Below are positions 33,271 through 48,520 of a DNA stretch of 64,000 bases, piece after piece (position 1 is the stretch's first letter; every line of letters starts with the position of its first letter). The stretch comes from Octopus vulgaris. Taxonomy: Eukaryota. Below the pieces are notes generated by a model, which ran no database searches, was not told the DNA's origin, and saw only the letters and a list, made by a program, of their open reading frames with translations. The position numbers and the translations under genes are program-made. The stretch covers positions 31,868,001 to 31,932,000 of the forward strand of contig OX597834.1 of NCBI GenBank assembly GCA_951406725.2. Reading direction: 5' to 3'.

Positions 33271-34931
33271 TGACTGTAATCACCATATTGAATGAAATGC
33301 AATAATGTCTCCAATAACTAATAAGAAAGCTGGTGATGAGAAAGGAAGGTGTCCCAGAGTCTGGGTGAGGGTGATGGTGAGTTGCATTCTGTGCAGTTCT
33401 GTGCACTTGTGCACCAGCAACTGCACACCATGGCAACAACTTATCGAAATCAATAACAACTAAAACTTCTGCAGCTTTTAGCAACATTATTTTCTTTCAA
33501 TTTACTCCACACACACGCACACATTTATACATGTGTGCACATGTAAGTATGTGTCTGCTTATGTGTATTATGCATATATATGTATTATATACATGCATGT
33601 GTGTGTGTTTGTGTATGTGTATGTATACATGTGTGTGTGTATATGCATCTCTATGTACATTTTGACTCAATACTATTGAAAAGGTTGCAAGACGCAATGA
33701 AAACTTAAGGAAAATAAAAATAAGAAATAAGTGGAAATTTTAACGGTGAGTGCATTGAACTATGTGGCACCAAAAGAAAATGACTCTCCCCAGACATAAC
33801 AGAATATGCTTCAACACACGAACTCACATAAAGAATCTTGCAAACCAAATCCAAAATCGAAATATAATTTTTGGTAATATTTAATTAATTTATTTATTTG
33901 ATTATATATATATTCTATTCAATTTCAGTAGAAATCAAACATGTGTGGTTATTAGATTCAGCAGGGGTGGGGGATTCAATATTTCATTTTATTGAAAGTA
34001 AAATTACTTTGGTGTTTTCAAATCTACCACACTGAAAAGAATCTCTAAACACACTGTAGAATTCTTTGTATGAAAAATTGTGTAGAGTCTGAAGGGCCTA
34101 ATACCTTTTCTACTCTAGGCACAAGGCCCTAAATTTTTGGGAAGGGGTTCAGTCAAATAGATCAACCCAGTACGCAACTGGTGCTTAATTTATCGACCCC
34201 AAAAGAATGAAAGGCAAAGTCGACCTCGGTAGAATTTGAACTCACAATGTAAAGACAGACAAAATACTGCTAAGCATTTCACTCGGCGTGCTAATGTTTC
34301 TGCCAGCTCGCCACCTTACTAAATGGCCTAATACCGGTACGTTTCAGAGACTGTGAGTACTAATTCTGTCTGCAAGGGGTTAATATCACTTTAAAATAGG
34401 AATTTTATATTACAAAACTATGAGCAGGTTCAGAGAGGTCGGTATCAGAAGGGTGAACGGTGTTATGTACAAATGGGGTTTTGATTTAATGCTGTTCCAG
34501 TTGCCCTTGCCAGGGTTTCAACAAGGCCGTGGGGACAAACACACACATCTATATACATGTTGTGGCAAGAGTACAACACCCTCTGACAAGGGCCTGCATA
34601 CATGCAAACATATTTACCCTATATTATAAAAATTTCCAGGCTAAGTCATACCACTCACCTAAAAACTATCTTCATCCGATGAAATAACTTACACAAGTAC
34701 AAAACAAAATGATATGAAATACATCAGCAGAGAACCACTAACAATTCCAGAATCAAATTTTAAAATCTGTTAAAAAAAAGCTTAAATAAGTCTATAGATA
34801 AATGTCACAAACAAATATCTATCTATCTATCTATCCTATCTATACCTATCTATCTACCTATCTATCTATCTATCTACTACCTACCTACCTACCTATCTAT
34901 CTATCTATCTATTATCTAACATATGTATATA

Positions 34932-35004
<73 letters not shown>

Positions 35005-35036
35005 TAATTAACATGATTGATAAATTAATTATGCAA

Positions 35037-35403
35037 GAGGTCTCAAAATTGATCAACATCAATGGAAATTGTAGCTGTGATACCAGTGCCAGTGGTACGT
35101 AAGAGAACCATCCAATCGTGGCCGTTGCCAGCCTCGTCTGGCCCCCGTGCCAGTGGCACGTAAAAAGCACCATCTGATTGTGGCTGTTTGCTAGCCTTGT
35201 CTGGCACCTGTGCCAGTGGCACGTAAAAAGCACCCACTACACTCACGGAATGGTTGGGGTTAGGAAGGGCATCCAGTCGTAAAAAACATTGCCAGATCAG
35301 ACTGGGCCTGGTGCAGCCTTCTGGCTTCCCAGACCCCAGTTGAACCGTCCAACCCATGCTAGCATGGAAAGCGGATGCTAAACGATGATGATGATGATGA
35401 TGA
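35037..35403 (+). mobile_element. SINE-like family B
   Basis: Same core and (gat)n tail. Confidence 0.8.
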
Positions 35404-35674
35404 TATTAAATTTTAAGGTGGACATAAGAACATAGGATGGTCATAGTTGGAACACATCTGATCAAGGTCCTACTTGACCGGGGATGACCTGTGGCTATAC
35501 CACCACCTTCACTACCATCACTTCTGCCATCTAACACCAGTGCAGTCACTGCTACAACCATTAAAAATCACATTATCATCAATGTCTTTCATCGATAGTG
35601 AAAGTAGCTAATGTTTGTTTTGTATCCTCCTTGTAATAATTATTGTCATCATCATCATTATTACCATTATCATC

Positions 35675-35724
<50 letters not shown>

Positions 35725-36154
35725 CATCATTATCATCATCATTACCATCATAATTATCATCGTCATCATCATCATTATTACCATTTCATCATCATCATCA
35801 TCATCATCACCACCATCATCATCATCGTCGTTGTCATTATCATCATGATTTGTGTATTTTGTTTTTTTGGGAGAGTGAGGGTGGAGGTGGTTAGGAGGGA
35901 GTCAGTGTTTGCACACATGTGCACACACACCCACACTCAAGTGTCTCGTGTTATTGAGACGACACACCCTTGTTTAGAAGGGTGGACAGTGAAGGGTTAT
36001 TAGATTGGATATGCACACAAACATGCACACATGCATACACACACATGCTTGTATACATACACATATACACACTCAATCTGGTATCTGATTTAATCGAGAT
36101 GATGCAACCTGTTGGGAAGGGTGGGCATTTGGATCTAAAAACTGTGCACATACA

Positions 36155-36792
36155 CACACACAAACACTACCACACATACACAAACACTCCTCTTTCTTTC
36201 ATATACGCACGCTCTTTTACACATGCACACTCACTTTCTCTTTCTTTTTCTCATATACACACACTTGCTTACACACACACACACTACCACACATACACAA
36301 ACACACACACACTCCTCTTTCTTTCATATACGCACGCTCTTTTACACATGCACACACACACTTTTTCTTTCTCTTATATACACACACTTGCTTACACACA
36401 CACACACTCCTCTTTCTTTCATATACGCACGCTCTTTTACACATGCACACACACACTTTTTCTTTCTCTTATATACACACACTTGCTTACACACACACTA
36501 CTCTTTCTTTCATATACGCACGCTCTTTTACACATGCACATACACACTTTTTCTTTCTCTCATATACACACATTTGCTTACACACACACACACACACTCC
36601 TTTTCTTTCATATACACACGCTCTTTTACACATGCACACACACACTTTTTCTTTTTCTCATATACACACACTTGCTTACACACACACACATACTCCTCTT
36701 TCTTTCATATACACATGCTCTTTAACACATGCACATACACACTTTTTCTTTCTCTCATATACACACACTTGCTTACACACACACACACACAC
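36155..36792. repeat. Minisatellite, about 78-bp unit
   Basis: ctctttctttcatatacgcacgctcttttacacatgcacac... repeated about 7 times. Confidence 0.9.
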
Positions 36793-39361
36793 AGCAATAA
36801 CAACAACAATAAACAAACAAACCAACTGAACTGTAAACAAAATTAAATAAAAAGATAAACAGTTTCATATTCAATATAAACAACAATAACAAAAACAAAA
36901 CAGTCCCCACCCCTACACACACACACACACAGAGGCACACATATGTATTTCTTTATTACCCACAAGGGGCTAAACACAGGGGAACAAACAAGGACAGACA
37001 TAGGTATTAAGTCGATTACATCGACCCCAGTGCAAAACTGGTACTTTATCTATCGACCTGGAAAGGATGAAAGGCAAAGTCAACCTCGGCGGAATTTGAA
37101 CTCAGAATGTAACGACAGACGAAATGTACCACCGTTGTTATTGCTATAGTTGCTGTCATCACCATTTCCATCACTGCCGCTACTGTGAGCCGTCATCATT
37201 ATTATTGTTAACAGATGTAACAGTAACAATGACTGCAATCACCATCATCACCATCATGATCGTCATTGCTCCTTGGGCAAGTGTCTCCTACTATAGCCTT
37301 GAGTTGACCAAAGCCTTGTGAGTGGATTTGGTAGATGGAAACTGGAAGAAGCCTAGGAGTGTCTATGGCTGGATGCCCTTCCTAATGCCAACCACTCCAT
37401 GAGTGTAGTAACAGTAACAATAACTGCAATCACCATCATCACCATCATGATCGTCATTGCTCCTTGGGCAAGTGTCTCCTACTATAGCCTTGAGTTGACC
37501 AAAGCCTTGTGAGTGGATTTGGTAGATGGAAACTGGAAGAAGCCTAGGAGTGTCTGTGTGGTAAGAAGCTTGCTTCCCAACCACATGGTTCTGGGTTCAG
37601 TCCCACTGTGTAGCACCTTGAGCAAGTGTCTCCTACTGTAACCTTGAGTTGACCAAAGCCTTGTGAGTGGATTTGGTAGATGGAAACTGAAAGAAGCCTG
37701 TCATATATATATATATGTGTGTGTGTGTTAGTGTGTTTGTCCTCTCACTATCACTTGACAACTGAGGCTGGTGTGTTTATGCCTTTGTTACTTAGCAGTT
37801 CAGCAAAAGAGACCGATAGAATAAGTATTAGACTTACAAAGAATGAGTCCTGAGGTCGATTTGCTCAACTAAAGGCGGTGCTCCAGCATGGCCACAGTTA
37901 AATGACTGAAAGAAGTAAAAGAATAGAAGAATAAAAGAATATATATATATAAATATATGTATGTACGTATGTATGTAGGTATATATACATGTATGTGTGC
38001 GAGTGTGTGTATGTGCGTGCATGTGTGTGTGTGTGTGTCTATGTTCCACTGTTACCACCACCGCTTGACAACCAGTGTTTGTGTGTTTATGTCCTGTAAC
38101 TTAGAAGTTCAGCAAAAAGAAACTGATAAAATAAGTACCAGGCTTTAAAAAAAAATAACAACCAAATAAGTCTTGGGGTTGATCCCTTCCTCTAAAAATT
38201 TTTCAAGGTGGTGCCCCAGCATGGCCACAGTCTAAATGAATGAAACAAAAGATAACTGGTAAAATCCACTTTGTAAGTTCCGGACTTTTGTATATTTTAG
38301 AATATTTAGGGGTTTTTGTTTTTACTTAATTTTTTTTTTTTTTCAAATGTTAATAGGAAAACTCTTTTCTACTCTAGGCACAAGGCCCGAAATTTTGGGG
38401 GAAGGGGGCCAGTCAATTAAATCGACTCCAGTACGCAACTGGTACTTAATTAATTGGAAAACTCTGAAAGAACACAATCACCAGCATCGTTTTTACCATT
38501 TCCAGCAGCACCATCACTAGCAGCACCACCACCACCACCACTACCGACACCACCATCACCCCAGTCACCATCAACACCACCACTACTACAACCATCATCA
38601 TTATTATCATCACTACCACAACCATCATTTCACTGCAACTGTCACCACCACCACCACCACCACTAACGTCTCCACAACTACCACCTGCACTACCATTACC
38701 ACTGCAACAATCCACCCCCCCCCCATACCACCATTACCATTATGGAATAAAACTATCCCATACAACTTTATCAGATCTTTGCATTTCGGCTCTTCCTTAC
38801 TGGAACTGACCCCCACCCCAAGTGAGTCTCTTCTTTATCTTTTCTATCTGTCTGTCCAGCCCTCTTTCTCTCTCTCTCTACCCCTCTCTCATTTGTATGT
38901 CTGTCTGTCTCTCTCACTCCTCACCTGTCTATCACTTTCTCTAATCTATCTCTCCCTCAGTCCATCTCTCTCTCACCCATCTCTCTCTTCCTTACTCTCT
39001 TTCTCTCTCTCTCTCTCTCTTTCTCATACACACACACACACATACACAGATACACACATACACATACATACACTTAATCAGTCTCTTGCAAGGCTGCCTG
39101 GCCTTTTGTCTCTCTCTGTTTCTCTCCCTCTCTCTCTTCTCTGCGTCTTTCTCACCAAACCCCCACCCACCCATTTCTCTCCCACAGACTCTCCCAACTG
39201 TCTCCTCGCTGCCTCTCCATATCACTTCTCTCCACCATTGTTTAGTCACCTGTCTGTGAGTCTGTTTGCCTGTCCATCTACTTCGGTACGTCAGTGTGTG
39301 GGGAAGCCTTTATACCTACGTACATATATATGTCTCTGTGTAAGTGTGTGTAAATATATAT

Positions 39362-39375
39362 ATAGATAGATAGAT

Positions 39376-39455
<80 letters not shown>

Positions 39456-39501
39456 GGATGGATAGATAGATCGATAGATATAGAGATAGACAGACAGATA
39501 A

Positions 39502-39546
<45 letters not shown>

Positions 39547-39599
39547 CTGATGGATAGATAGATATATAGATAGATAGATAGATAGACTGATGGATAGAT

Positions 39600-39630
<31 letters not shown>

Positions 39631-39640
39631 TAGACTGATG

Positions 39641-39690
<50 letters not shown>
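39362..39690. repeat. (GATA)n microsatellite
   Basis: Direct reading. Confidence 0.97.
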
Positions 39691-39986
39691 CACACATACA
39701 TGTTTGTGGATGTCTACCGCCCCTCCTTCCTCACAACACTTTCTTAAACGCAAACCCTGCTGATCAGTTTTTTTTTTCTTTTATTAATTTGATCAAAGAA
39801 ATCAGCCACACACACTCACACAAGCAGACATACACACACACACACACACACACATACATGTCAAGTATTAAAACATATTACACACGCTAAGAGGAACCTG
39901 TTGTTGCACATCCACATCACATACACTTACACATCTACACTCTCTCTCCCTCTCTCATCTATTTCTCTCTCTCTCTCTCTTCTATT

Positions 39987-40045
<59 letters not shown>

Positions 40046-43000
40046 CATATGTGACACAACCAAGTACATAAACACATTCACAAATGTAAACATACACACA
40101 CATACAAACTCAGCTACATAAACACATAAGCACACACACACACATATATACACACACAAACGTACACACATACACAGAGATAAGCACACACACACACACA
40201 CACGTACACACATACACAGAGATAAGCACACACACACACACACACACAAATAAGTACACACATATCCACATACACACACACACACACACGTACAGTATGT
40301 GTACATCCAGTGAAATAAGAAAGCAGGCCGGAATATATTACTTTAGCAACTGCAATCCAGCTGGATACGGAATACTTAGATGATGTGTGATACAGCAGCA
40401 CATAGGAAGGCAGGATACCTAGGTGTGTGTTGACACGTTGGAACATGGGCAAACAAGGGAGTGTCTACGTGGTTGTTTTTACTTGCTAGATATAGTAGCA
40501 AAATCTCTCTCTCTCTCTCAAGTCACATCCAGTTGTTTTTAAAAAATTAGAGAAATGATACATAAGTTAATGTAGTCCGAGATATATAAAGGCATGAAGA
40601 CTGGATAATGATGGTTTGAATGCTGTTGATTATAGGTCTGCTGGATCAGGACTGACCTAGGGTTAAACAACAACAACAAATCAACAGCATATCAGAGCAG
40701 GTTACCATCAAGACACAGACTCTAAAGTGTTGGGACTAAATAGGGGAATCTCTATGTGGTTATTCAACCTGCTAGACATAGAAGTGATATCTCCCTCAAA
40801 TTGTATCCTGTTGTTCTGGAAAATAGAAGAAAGGACCCATTAGCTAATATTGTCCTAAACATATAAAAGGGCTGAACAATGTGACCATAACTGCTTGAAT
40901 GGGTATTGATCATATGAATACTGGTTCAGGGCTGACCTGGGGCTAAACAGCAACAGTGACAGTATTTCAGAGCATGTTACCAAGGCTTATGGAACATTAA
41001 GACACCGGCACTAAAGTATTGCGATGTAGCGGCACAGGACACGCCAAGGAGGCACAGCAACACCACAACGCACAGCACCAAGGAAGGGCACGACCCAATG
41101 GGACATCAGCATCATGTGAAAACAAACCTCTGTGAGTTGTAAAACAACAACAACACAGCTATGACCTTTGACACAACTGGACATTTCGGCAGTGTTACAA
41201 TGATACCATGTAATAATAATAATAATAATAATAACAACAACAACACCAACAACAATAATAAGACGAATATGTTGTGTTGTGATATATATCAAGACCCACC
41301 AAACAGCTGTGACCCTACTACTCCAATAATACGTGTTTAAAGTTGGACGCTGAAGATTCTGTGACATTCCACACCATTCCTATGATACGGTTCACTGTAA
41401 GTGTTTTAACTCAAATGTTTTTTGTACTTTTTTAACAAAATTCTTGTTTGTCGTCACCCAATATTTAGTACTACATGTGGACTGTGACACATCTCTTTTG
41501 AGTGAGTATCTTAGAGAAAAAGAGACCCTGCCCCTCTCATCCTTTTCTGTACTTTAGGGTAGCTTTTGAAGTTTATTTTGCAGTGAAGGGAGATAGATGA
41601 CAATTGTCCAAAATTTAGTTGATGTGTGACGGTTTGACACCGTCGATTTGATGTTGCTGACTCAATACCGACTTGTTTTAATGTTTTTCTCATTTTTTCC
41701 TTTTCTCCCCACCTGTCTCATTCTGTGTGTGAGCATATATTTCTATTCATATGTATAAGGAGAGAGAAAGACAGTGGCATAGCTACTAGGAAAGCAAGGG
41801 GAGAGACCCCGCCACCCAAGCACATCGTTCAAAACTAGCACTTTTCAACTATTTTTTTTCATTTTTTTTAATTACCTGGTTGTAAGTTTGATGCATGATG
41901 ACATCGTTACTGAAATATTAAATTAATGGATATAGGTGCAGGAGTGGCCGTGCAGTAAGAAGCTTGCTTCCCAACCACATGGCTCCAGGTTCAGTCCCAT
42001 TGTGTGGCACCTTGGGTAAATGTCTTCTATTATAGCCACGAGCCAACTGAAGCCTTGTAAGTGGATTCGGTAAATGGAAACTGAAAGAAATGCATGTGTG
42101 TGTGTGTGTTTGTCCCCTGCCCCCATCATCGTTTGACAACTAAGACCAATAGAATAAGTCCTGGGGTCGATTTCTTTGACTAAAAAAACTCTTTAAGGTG
42201 GTGCTCCAGCATGGCCACAGTCAAATGACAGAAACAGGTAAAAGAATAAAAAAAATAGAATACAATTGCATATATTATAATTAATGAAACATTCTGAGTA
42301 ATATAAGAGAAATTAATTAAAAATTGCTTGGTACATGTCATGCCCACTCCCAACACCATTTTTTATGTGCTTGCTCCCACTGACTTTAGAACCTGGCAAC
42401 AATTCTGGAGAAAGTATTTGTCAATCATGTTCAGTTAATAAATTGTAATTTCTCTCTCTCTCTCTCTTTCTCTCCTCTGTCTTTCCATCTTTCTTTCTAT
42501 AGGTGCATGAGCGTATTTCTTTTTATGCGTATGAGGAGAGGGGGCAGTATTTGTCAATAGTTGTTCAGTTGTGTAATGCCTTTCTCTGTCTCTACCCCTC
42601 CTCTCTCACTATTTGAGGATATTTCTTTTTATGTGGACAAAGAGAGGTAAGGTGTTTGACAATCACATCCAATTAGTAAATCATATAACGTCCCTCTTCC
42701 TCTTTCTGTCTGTCTATGCATATTTCTACATGCACATGCACGTGTGAGTCTGTTTGCCTCCAGTGCCAAAAAGTATCGCCCCCACCAAAACAGGTCAAAT
42801 ATCTTGTCAGCTGCCCCAAATTGACAGAGTCCAAACAACTGCACTTTATCATCCCATTCCATAATTTAGTGGTCAGTTGCTGTTGAGTAACCCCTAATCT
42901 GGTTCTGGTTCAGCAATCATTCTCATAGCACACAGGTAGTCAACCAAAGAACAAGGTACCATCCCCTCCCCTGGGGCCCAATACCCCAGTTATACTCTAT

Positions 43001-44628
43001 TCCCCAGATTTTTCTACTTTAGGCACAAGGCCCGAAATTTTGGGGGAGAGGGTCAGTTGATTAGATCGACCCCAGTACGCAACTGGTACTTAATTTATCG
43101 ACCCCAAAAGGATGAAAGGTAAAGTCGACCTCGGCGGAATTTGAGCTCAGAACATAGAGACAGACGAAATACCGTTAGCAGCATTTTGTCCATCTTTGCG
43201 TGCTGAGTTCAAATTCTGCCAAGGTCAACTTTGCCTTTCATCCTTTTGGGGTCAATAAAATTAGAACCAGTTAAGCATTGGGGTTAATGTAATTGCCTTA
43301 CTCTTCCTCTGAAATTGCTGGTCTTGTGCCAAAATTTGAAAGTAATAAAAGACCATCATTTGCATGGTGTCCAGGTGAAAAACACAACATACTGCCCAGT
43401 CTGGGAATTGAAACCATGACTCTATGATCATGAGAACAAACTCACACTGGATCAATTGCCTTCACTGTAATCTAAAGTATATCAACAACATTGACAAGAA
43501 GTGTAGCATTTCCTGGACTTGTGATAATTAGATACATCACATTCCTCCAAGGATGCATCTTCACTATTGAGGAACAGAAAATGGTTTCTAAATTTCTGAT
43601 CAACAAGAAAAAGAAAGATACCTCCAAACTTCCATGCTGAAAATATCCCCCATGTCATCAACAGTTGTCTAAAAGTTGTAGCAAAATATTGCCTTTTCCT
43701 TAGGCCATGACAGTGTTCCTGTTAACAAGAAGTAGACATCATTCTTGTAAACAGTGTTATTTTGAGGATAATGCATTTTACAATGTTTTCTGCAGGAAAA
43801 ACTGTCCTCACCATTACACAGAAAAGGTACACAAAATCAGAATACCTCCATGTCTTTAAAACTAAAGGAATACATGTGGCACATTCCAATGAAAGCAGCA
43901 ACCAGGAACAAAACTATGTACAGTTGCAAATGTCAGCTGCCCAAAGGGTGTGAATTCCTCTTCTAAAATTGTGTGGAATAGAAAACATCTATGGTAAAAT
44001 AATTCAGAAATTAACAACTCTTTTATCCAGGCCATAGATTTTCATGTGTAATTATCATAAATGCATGGAGTTAAGTAATGATAAATTTGTGTAAAAGCTT
44101 TAAAATGCTATGAATTTCCAAGAAAAAAACAAAGCAAACTGACTTGCAAGCTCTAAATCCAGTCAATAAGTAGCACTGTGAAGATCTGTGAAGCACTTCG
44201 AAAGTTCTCCATTTGAGTTTCCTAGAATAAACATTGGTGTGTTGTTAAGAAGCTTGCTTTGCAATCATGTATTCAAGCTCAGTGCCATTGTACGACACCC
44301 TGGGCCAAGCAATGTCTTCTGTGGATTTGGTTGGAGGTAACTTTGTGGGAGCCTTTGTGTATGTGTGTGTCCTTGCGTTTGTGTTTGTCCCCCCCCCACC
44401 CCAAGCATTTGACAATCAGTGTTGGTTTATCTACATCGCTGTAACTTAATGGGGTTTTTTTTTAAGTAGCAGACTTAACAAAGGATAAGTACTGAGGTTG
44501 ATTTGTTCAATTAAAACCCTTTAAGGCAGTGCCCCAGCATGGCCACAGTCCAATAACTGAAACAAGTAAAAGATAAAAAATAATATGTGCGTGTGTGTAT
44601 AGCTCCATCAGAGCTGCTTTATATTCAA

Positions 44629-44709
44629 GGCTCTGATGAAGCTATAAGGAGTTACTCAGGCACTCAGATATGAGTCCACTGCATCTTATAGCAGAAACAG
44701 CTGTAAGCT
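44629..44709 (+). ncRNA. Type I hammerhead-ribozyme-like motif (Penelope-type)
   Basis: ggct-CTGATGA-a-GCTATAAG...CTTATAGC-a-GAAAC-agct-GTA-agct: 8-bp stem II, palindromic stem III, GUA site. Confidence 0.65.
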
Positions 44710-46965
44710 ATTGGAGTTCATTTATTCCTTTGTCATCTAATTTTCTTATATACATACATACATATTCATAAAATTATTCAGTGTGACACTGAATGTATGA
44801 AAGAAGAGAGACAGACAGACAGACAGACATGACAAGTTTTCTCAGAGGATATCTATATAATGGAAAATGAATGCAGTTTGAGCTTTATTAGCATATTCCA
44901 CCATTGTTACCATTATTTGGTGAGAGGAATTACAGAATTATATTCTAATTAATTCTTCTGTCATCTCTAAAGATATTCTTTTGCTTCTAAAATCATCCTC
45001 TTCTTGCATTTTCTTGGTTTTTCTTACTTTTCTGGGTGTTTTCTTCACTTCATGGTTCACTTTTTCGTTTTCTCTCTTTCGCTCTCCTTTCTTCTTTCTA
45101 TTTCTTTTTCCTTATCCTTTCTTCTTCCTTTTTTTCTTCATCACTCTCCTTCTTTTCTTCTGTCTTCTTGTCCTTGTTATTGTTGATGTTCTTCTTCTTG
45201 TCTTTTTGCCCCCTTTTCTCCTCCTTCCTCTTCTCTTTCTTGTCTTTGTTCTTCTTACTTTCTTCTTCCTTCTTATTTCAGCACCCTTTACCCCACCCCC
45301 ATTCCTTCAGAACACATACATACACACACTTTCACTGTCTGTCAGCCTGCCTGTCTGAATATGAAAAATGTGCCTTCTTTGAAGCTCTAAGGGTTTTTAA
45401 CTCTTATTTCTAGCAATATAAGTGACAACTGAAACTTTCCATTTTAGTCTTATAATGCATATAGCTGCCTCTACCACGATTTTTAAGAAATGTGGTGGAA
45501 AACTAGCTCAGAAAGGCAGGGACACTACTCTCTGAGACCCCTTTCAGAGACTCCTGCCTTTGTTATTATATATATATATATATATATATAAACACAAAAT
45601 GGGACAAGAATGCAAAACAGCCAGACAGTTAGGTGATACAAAAATGGGACAACAAAACATCCAGATAGACAATACAAAGAAAACAAGGATGGGTCAAAGT
45701 TTTCATTCCTCAGTCAAGTTCAAGATTATCTTTGCAATTTCGGCTGGTTATACTCAAGATTGCTCCAATCTGGCCAGCCCCGAGGAAAAACTAAGCTAAG
45801 AGCACTAGATTCCTTGGAAGAAAGCAGCGAATGTATATGAAAACAAGGACGGGAAAAAACGGAGAATGTTACACAAATACAAATAATAGAACATAACAAC
45901 AGGTTTCTTTTGGTTAAGGATGAATTAAATTAAGCTGGCGTGTGTGGAAGTAAAGCCTTATGGCAGGGATGCAAGATTTCAGAGGCACAGGGAGAAATAT
46001 CGAAGCTGCATGGACGGCGGCCGAATTAAGAAAGAAAGGTCAGTACCAGTGGCACATAAAAAGCACCATTTGAGCATGGTCAGTGTCAGTGCCACCAGAA
46101 TGACACCTTGTAATCTTCTAAGCTTCAAGCAGTCTGTGGAAGGTGTAGAAAACAAAAAGCGAAACAAATGACAATTTATTGGTGTTGAAGGTTTCGCACT
46201 TTTTCCCCTACCAAAGTTACAAGGAAATTTGATAAGCTGTAATTTTCTGCATAGCTCTCAATTAGCAATATTTGAATATATATATATATATGTGTGTGTG
46301 TGTATGTATCATGTCTGTATGTGTGTGTGTATGTATTATGTCTGTATGTGTGTGTGGTCTTTGTATCTGTGTTTGTCCCCTCCATCCCACTTGACAACTG
46401 GTGTTGGTGTGTTTACATCCCTGTAACTTAGCGGTTTGTCAAAGCACCCCACATTCCACAAGGTAAACCTGCTCTACAAGGCACACGCACTCCATAAGAG
46501 ACCATACTCCCAAAAGCAACCCTGCTCCACAAGGTGCCCCTACTCCACAAGGTACCCCTACTTTGCAAGGTGCCCCTGCTCCATAAATATCAGCTGTTTG
46601 GTGCTACAACACAAACATTACCACCACCACAACAACAACACCAACCACATCACTACAACACCATGACATTCCCCTTTCCTATTACAAAGCCACCACCACT
46701 TCCCCAACCACTATATCACAAGCCATATACCACCACCCCTTACCCACCACCACCACCACCTTGTATGACATCACCACCACTGTCTCACAACTCATAAACA
46801 ATTCAATGATCAACAAAAGATGGCAACATCCCAAATCCCTGTTATTTCTTAAGTGTCTTTGATACAGACAGGACTGGCACGACACTCCGTGTGTGTGTAT
46901 AAACATTTGTGATAGTGTGTATACATGTATGTATATATATATATATATGTATATATATATGTATA

Positions 46966-47020
<55 letters not shown>

Positions 47021-47346
47021 CACACACTCACAGACACATATACACATACATACGCAAATATATATATGAAACACACACACAGTTACATATAACGCACACA
47101 GACACATATACACATACGCACACAGTTAATACAAATAGTCAAAAGACGAAAGTATTGGGGGACATTCACAGTTAATATTATTAAGTTGATGCTCAAGGAA
47201 AGAGAAAAAGGTTATGGAATAAAAGTTATTGAGTAAAAGTGAAATGCTTCAGTCATTGTTCTTCATTGGATACAAGAGGAAAGTTCAAGGGGGACTGGGA
47301 ATGACAAAGAAAGAAGAAAAAATGGGTTAGGTTCTCATGCTCAACC

Positions 47347-47372
<26 letters not shown>

Positions 47373-47382
<10 letters not shown>

Positions 47383-47683
47383 TGAGGGTACTACTATTCG
47401 TAGATACCACACGCTAAGAGGGACCAATGCGGTCAAAACTACTAAAATAAAAAAAATTTTACCGAATGCAAAATTTCAAAGCAAATCATTTAAAAAAAGA
47501 ATTTAGTTACTGAATGTGTAACTAAATGTGTAACTAAAAGAATGTGTAACTAGATTCTTTTTTTAAATGATTTGCTTTGAAGTTTTGCATTCGGTAACAT
47601 TTTGCTTATTTTAGTAGTTTTGACCGCATTGGTCCCTCTTAGCGTGTGGTATCTACGAATAGTAGTACCCTCAATATAATATA
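47373..47683. repeat. Near-perfect foldback palindrome, about 138-bp arms
   Basis: 47373-47510 is the reverse complement of 47546-47683; the centre carries three aatgtgtaacta units. Confidence 0.9.
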
Positions 47684-48064
47684 AATAAATATTTTCAAAG
47701 TGGAAAAATTTACGGATTTTTTCTCTTACGAGGTTTTTCACGCTAACTACTGATAATTTCTTATAAAGATTTTATCCTCAATTGTAAAAATATATATATA
47801 TATATATATATAATTCCAAGAAAGTCAGAGGTTGTGAATCCAACCAACTAAGGGATAATATCTATCCAGTATATGGCTGGTAGAATACCCAATTATTAAT
47901 ACACAAGTGTTTTTTCATTACATGGCAATTACACTACTGAATGTAATAAATGGGTGAGGGTAAAGAGTTGTTTTACCATTAATTTATACAGCAATAAAAA
48001 AAATGGAGGGGATCAAGAGGCGGTATTCATCAGCTTTTAGGCATTATATTATGTCTATTCTGTG

Positions 48065-48432
48065 ATGTTTTTCTCAGTTCTGCTGGTTGCAGGTCAATAT
48101 CAACATTATTTCGGCCATCTTGGAAACATGTGAACCACTCATACACTTACGTGTGGCTCAGACACTCCTTTTCATACACCCTCTGCAAATTTGTGTAAGC
48201 CTCTGAGCAGGTATCGCCATGACAACTTTCTCTGTCGTGGTCAATGCGATGATCACATGCTACATACCTTCCTTCCAAGCACCGCTGTAAACAGTGGTAG
48301 TGAGCTAGTATGTTAAAACTTACTGTGCATGCACAGCAGAGTTCAAGGTCAATCTGTGCCAAGCGGTTTAACTTTGCATGCTTTAGCTTCGTTACTATGG
48401 CAACAGTCCGGATACTTATTGATCAGACCTCG
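48065..48432 (-). mobile_element. Mariner transposon 5' remnant (TIR plus decayed HTH region of the transposase)
   Basis: ta-cgaggtctgatcaataagtatccggact TIR at 48434-48405. Translation EAYTNLQRVYEKECLSHT*VYEWFTCFQDGR resembles the mariner N-terminal HTH. Confidence 0.8.
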
Positions 48433-48520
48433 TATATAGTTTACTTTCCCGTTAAGGTAAGATCAACAAAAAAAGCATTGCATCTGGTGAGAGATGAAAA
48501 TATTTCAATGTACTCAGTAT

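Noticed and set aside
32089-33314. Long poly-His/Asp/Met/Ile ORFs (up to 246 aa)
   Set aside because: Translations of CAT/CAC microsatellite that are open in several frames on both strands; no splice or domain support.
35970-36846. 251-aa and 207-aa repeat ORFs
   Set aside because: Arise from the 78-bp minisatellite.
44981-45413. Hydrophobic Phe/Leu-rich ORFs resembling membrane proteins
   Set aside because: Low-complexity CT-rich tract; the same applies to 26838-27179.
45590-46045. Possible Penelope 3' remnant (SLCL-like peptide, CTGAGGA on the minus strand)
   Set aside because: Too degenerate to support without a database search.
47411-47445. Hammerhead in the palindrome arm (gctaagagggacc...ggtcaaaac)
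   Set aside because: A stem II-like hairpin is present, but the invariant UGA and GAAA positions are not matched in either arm.
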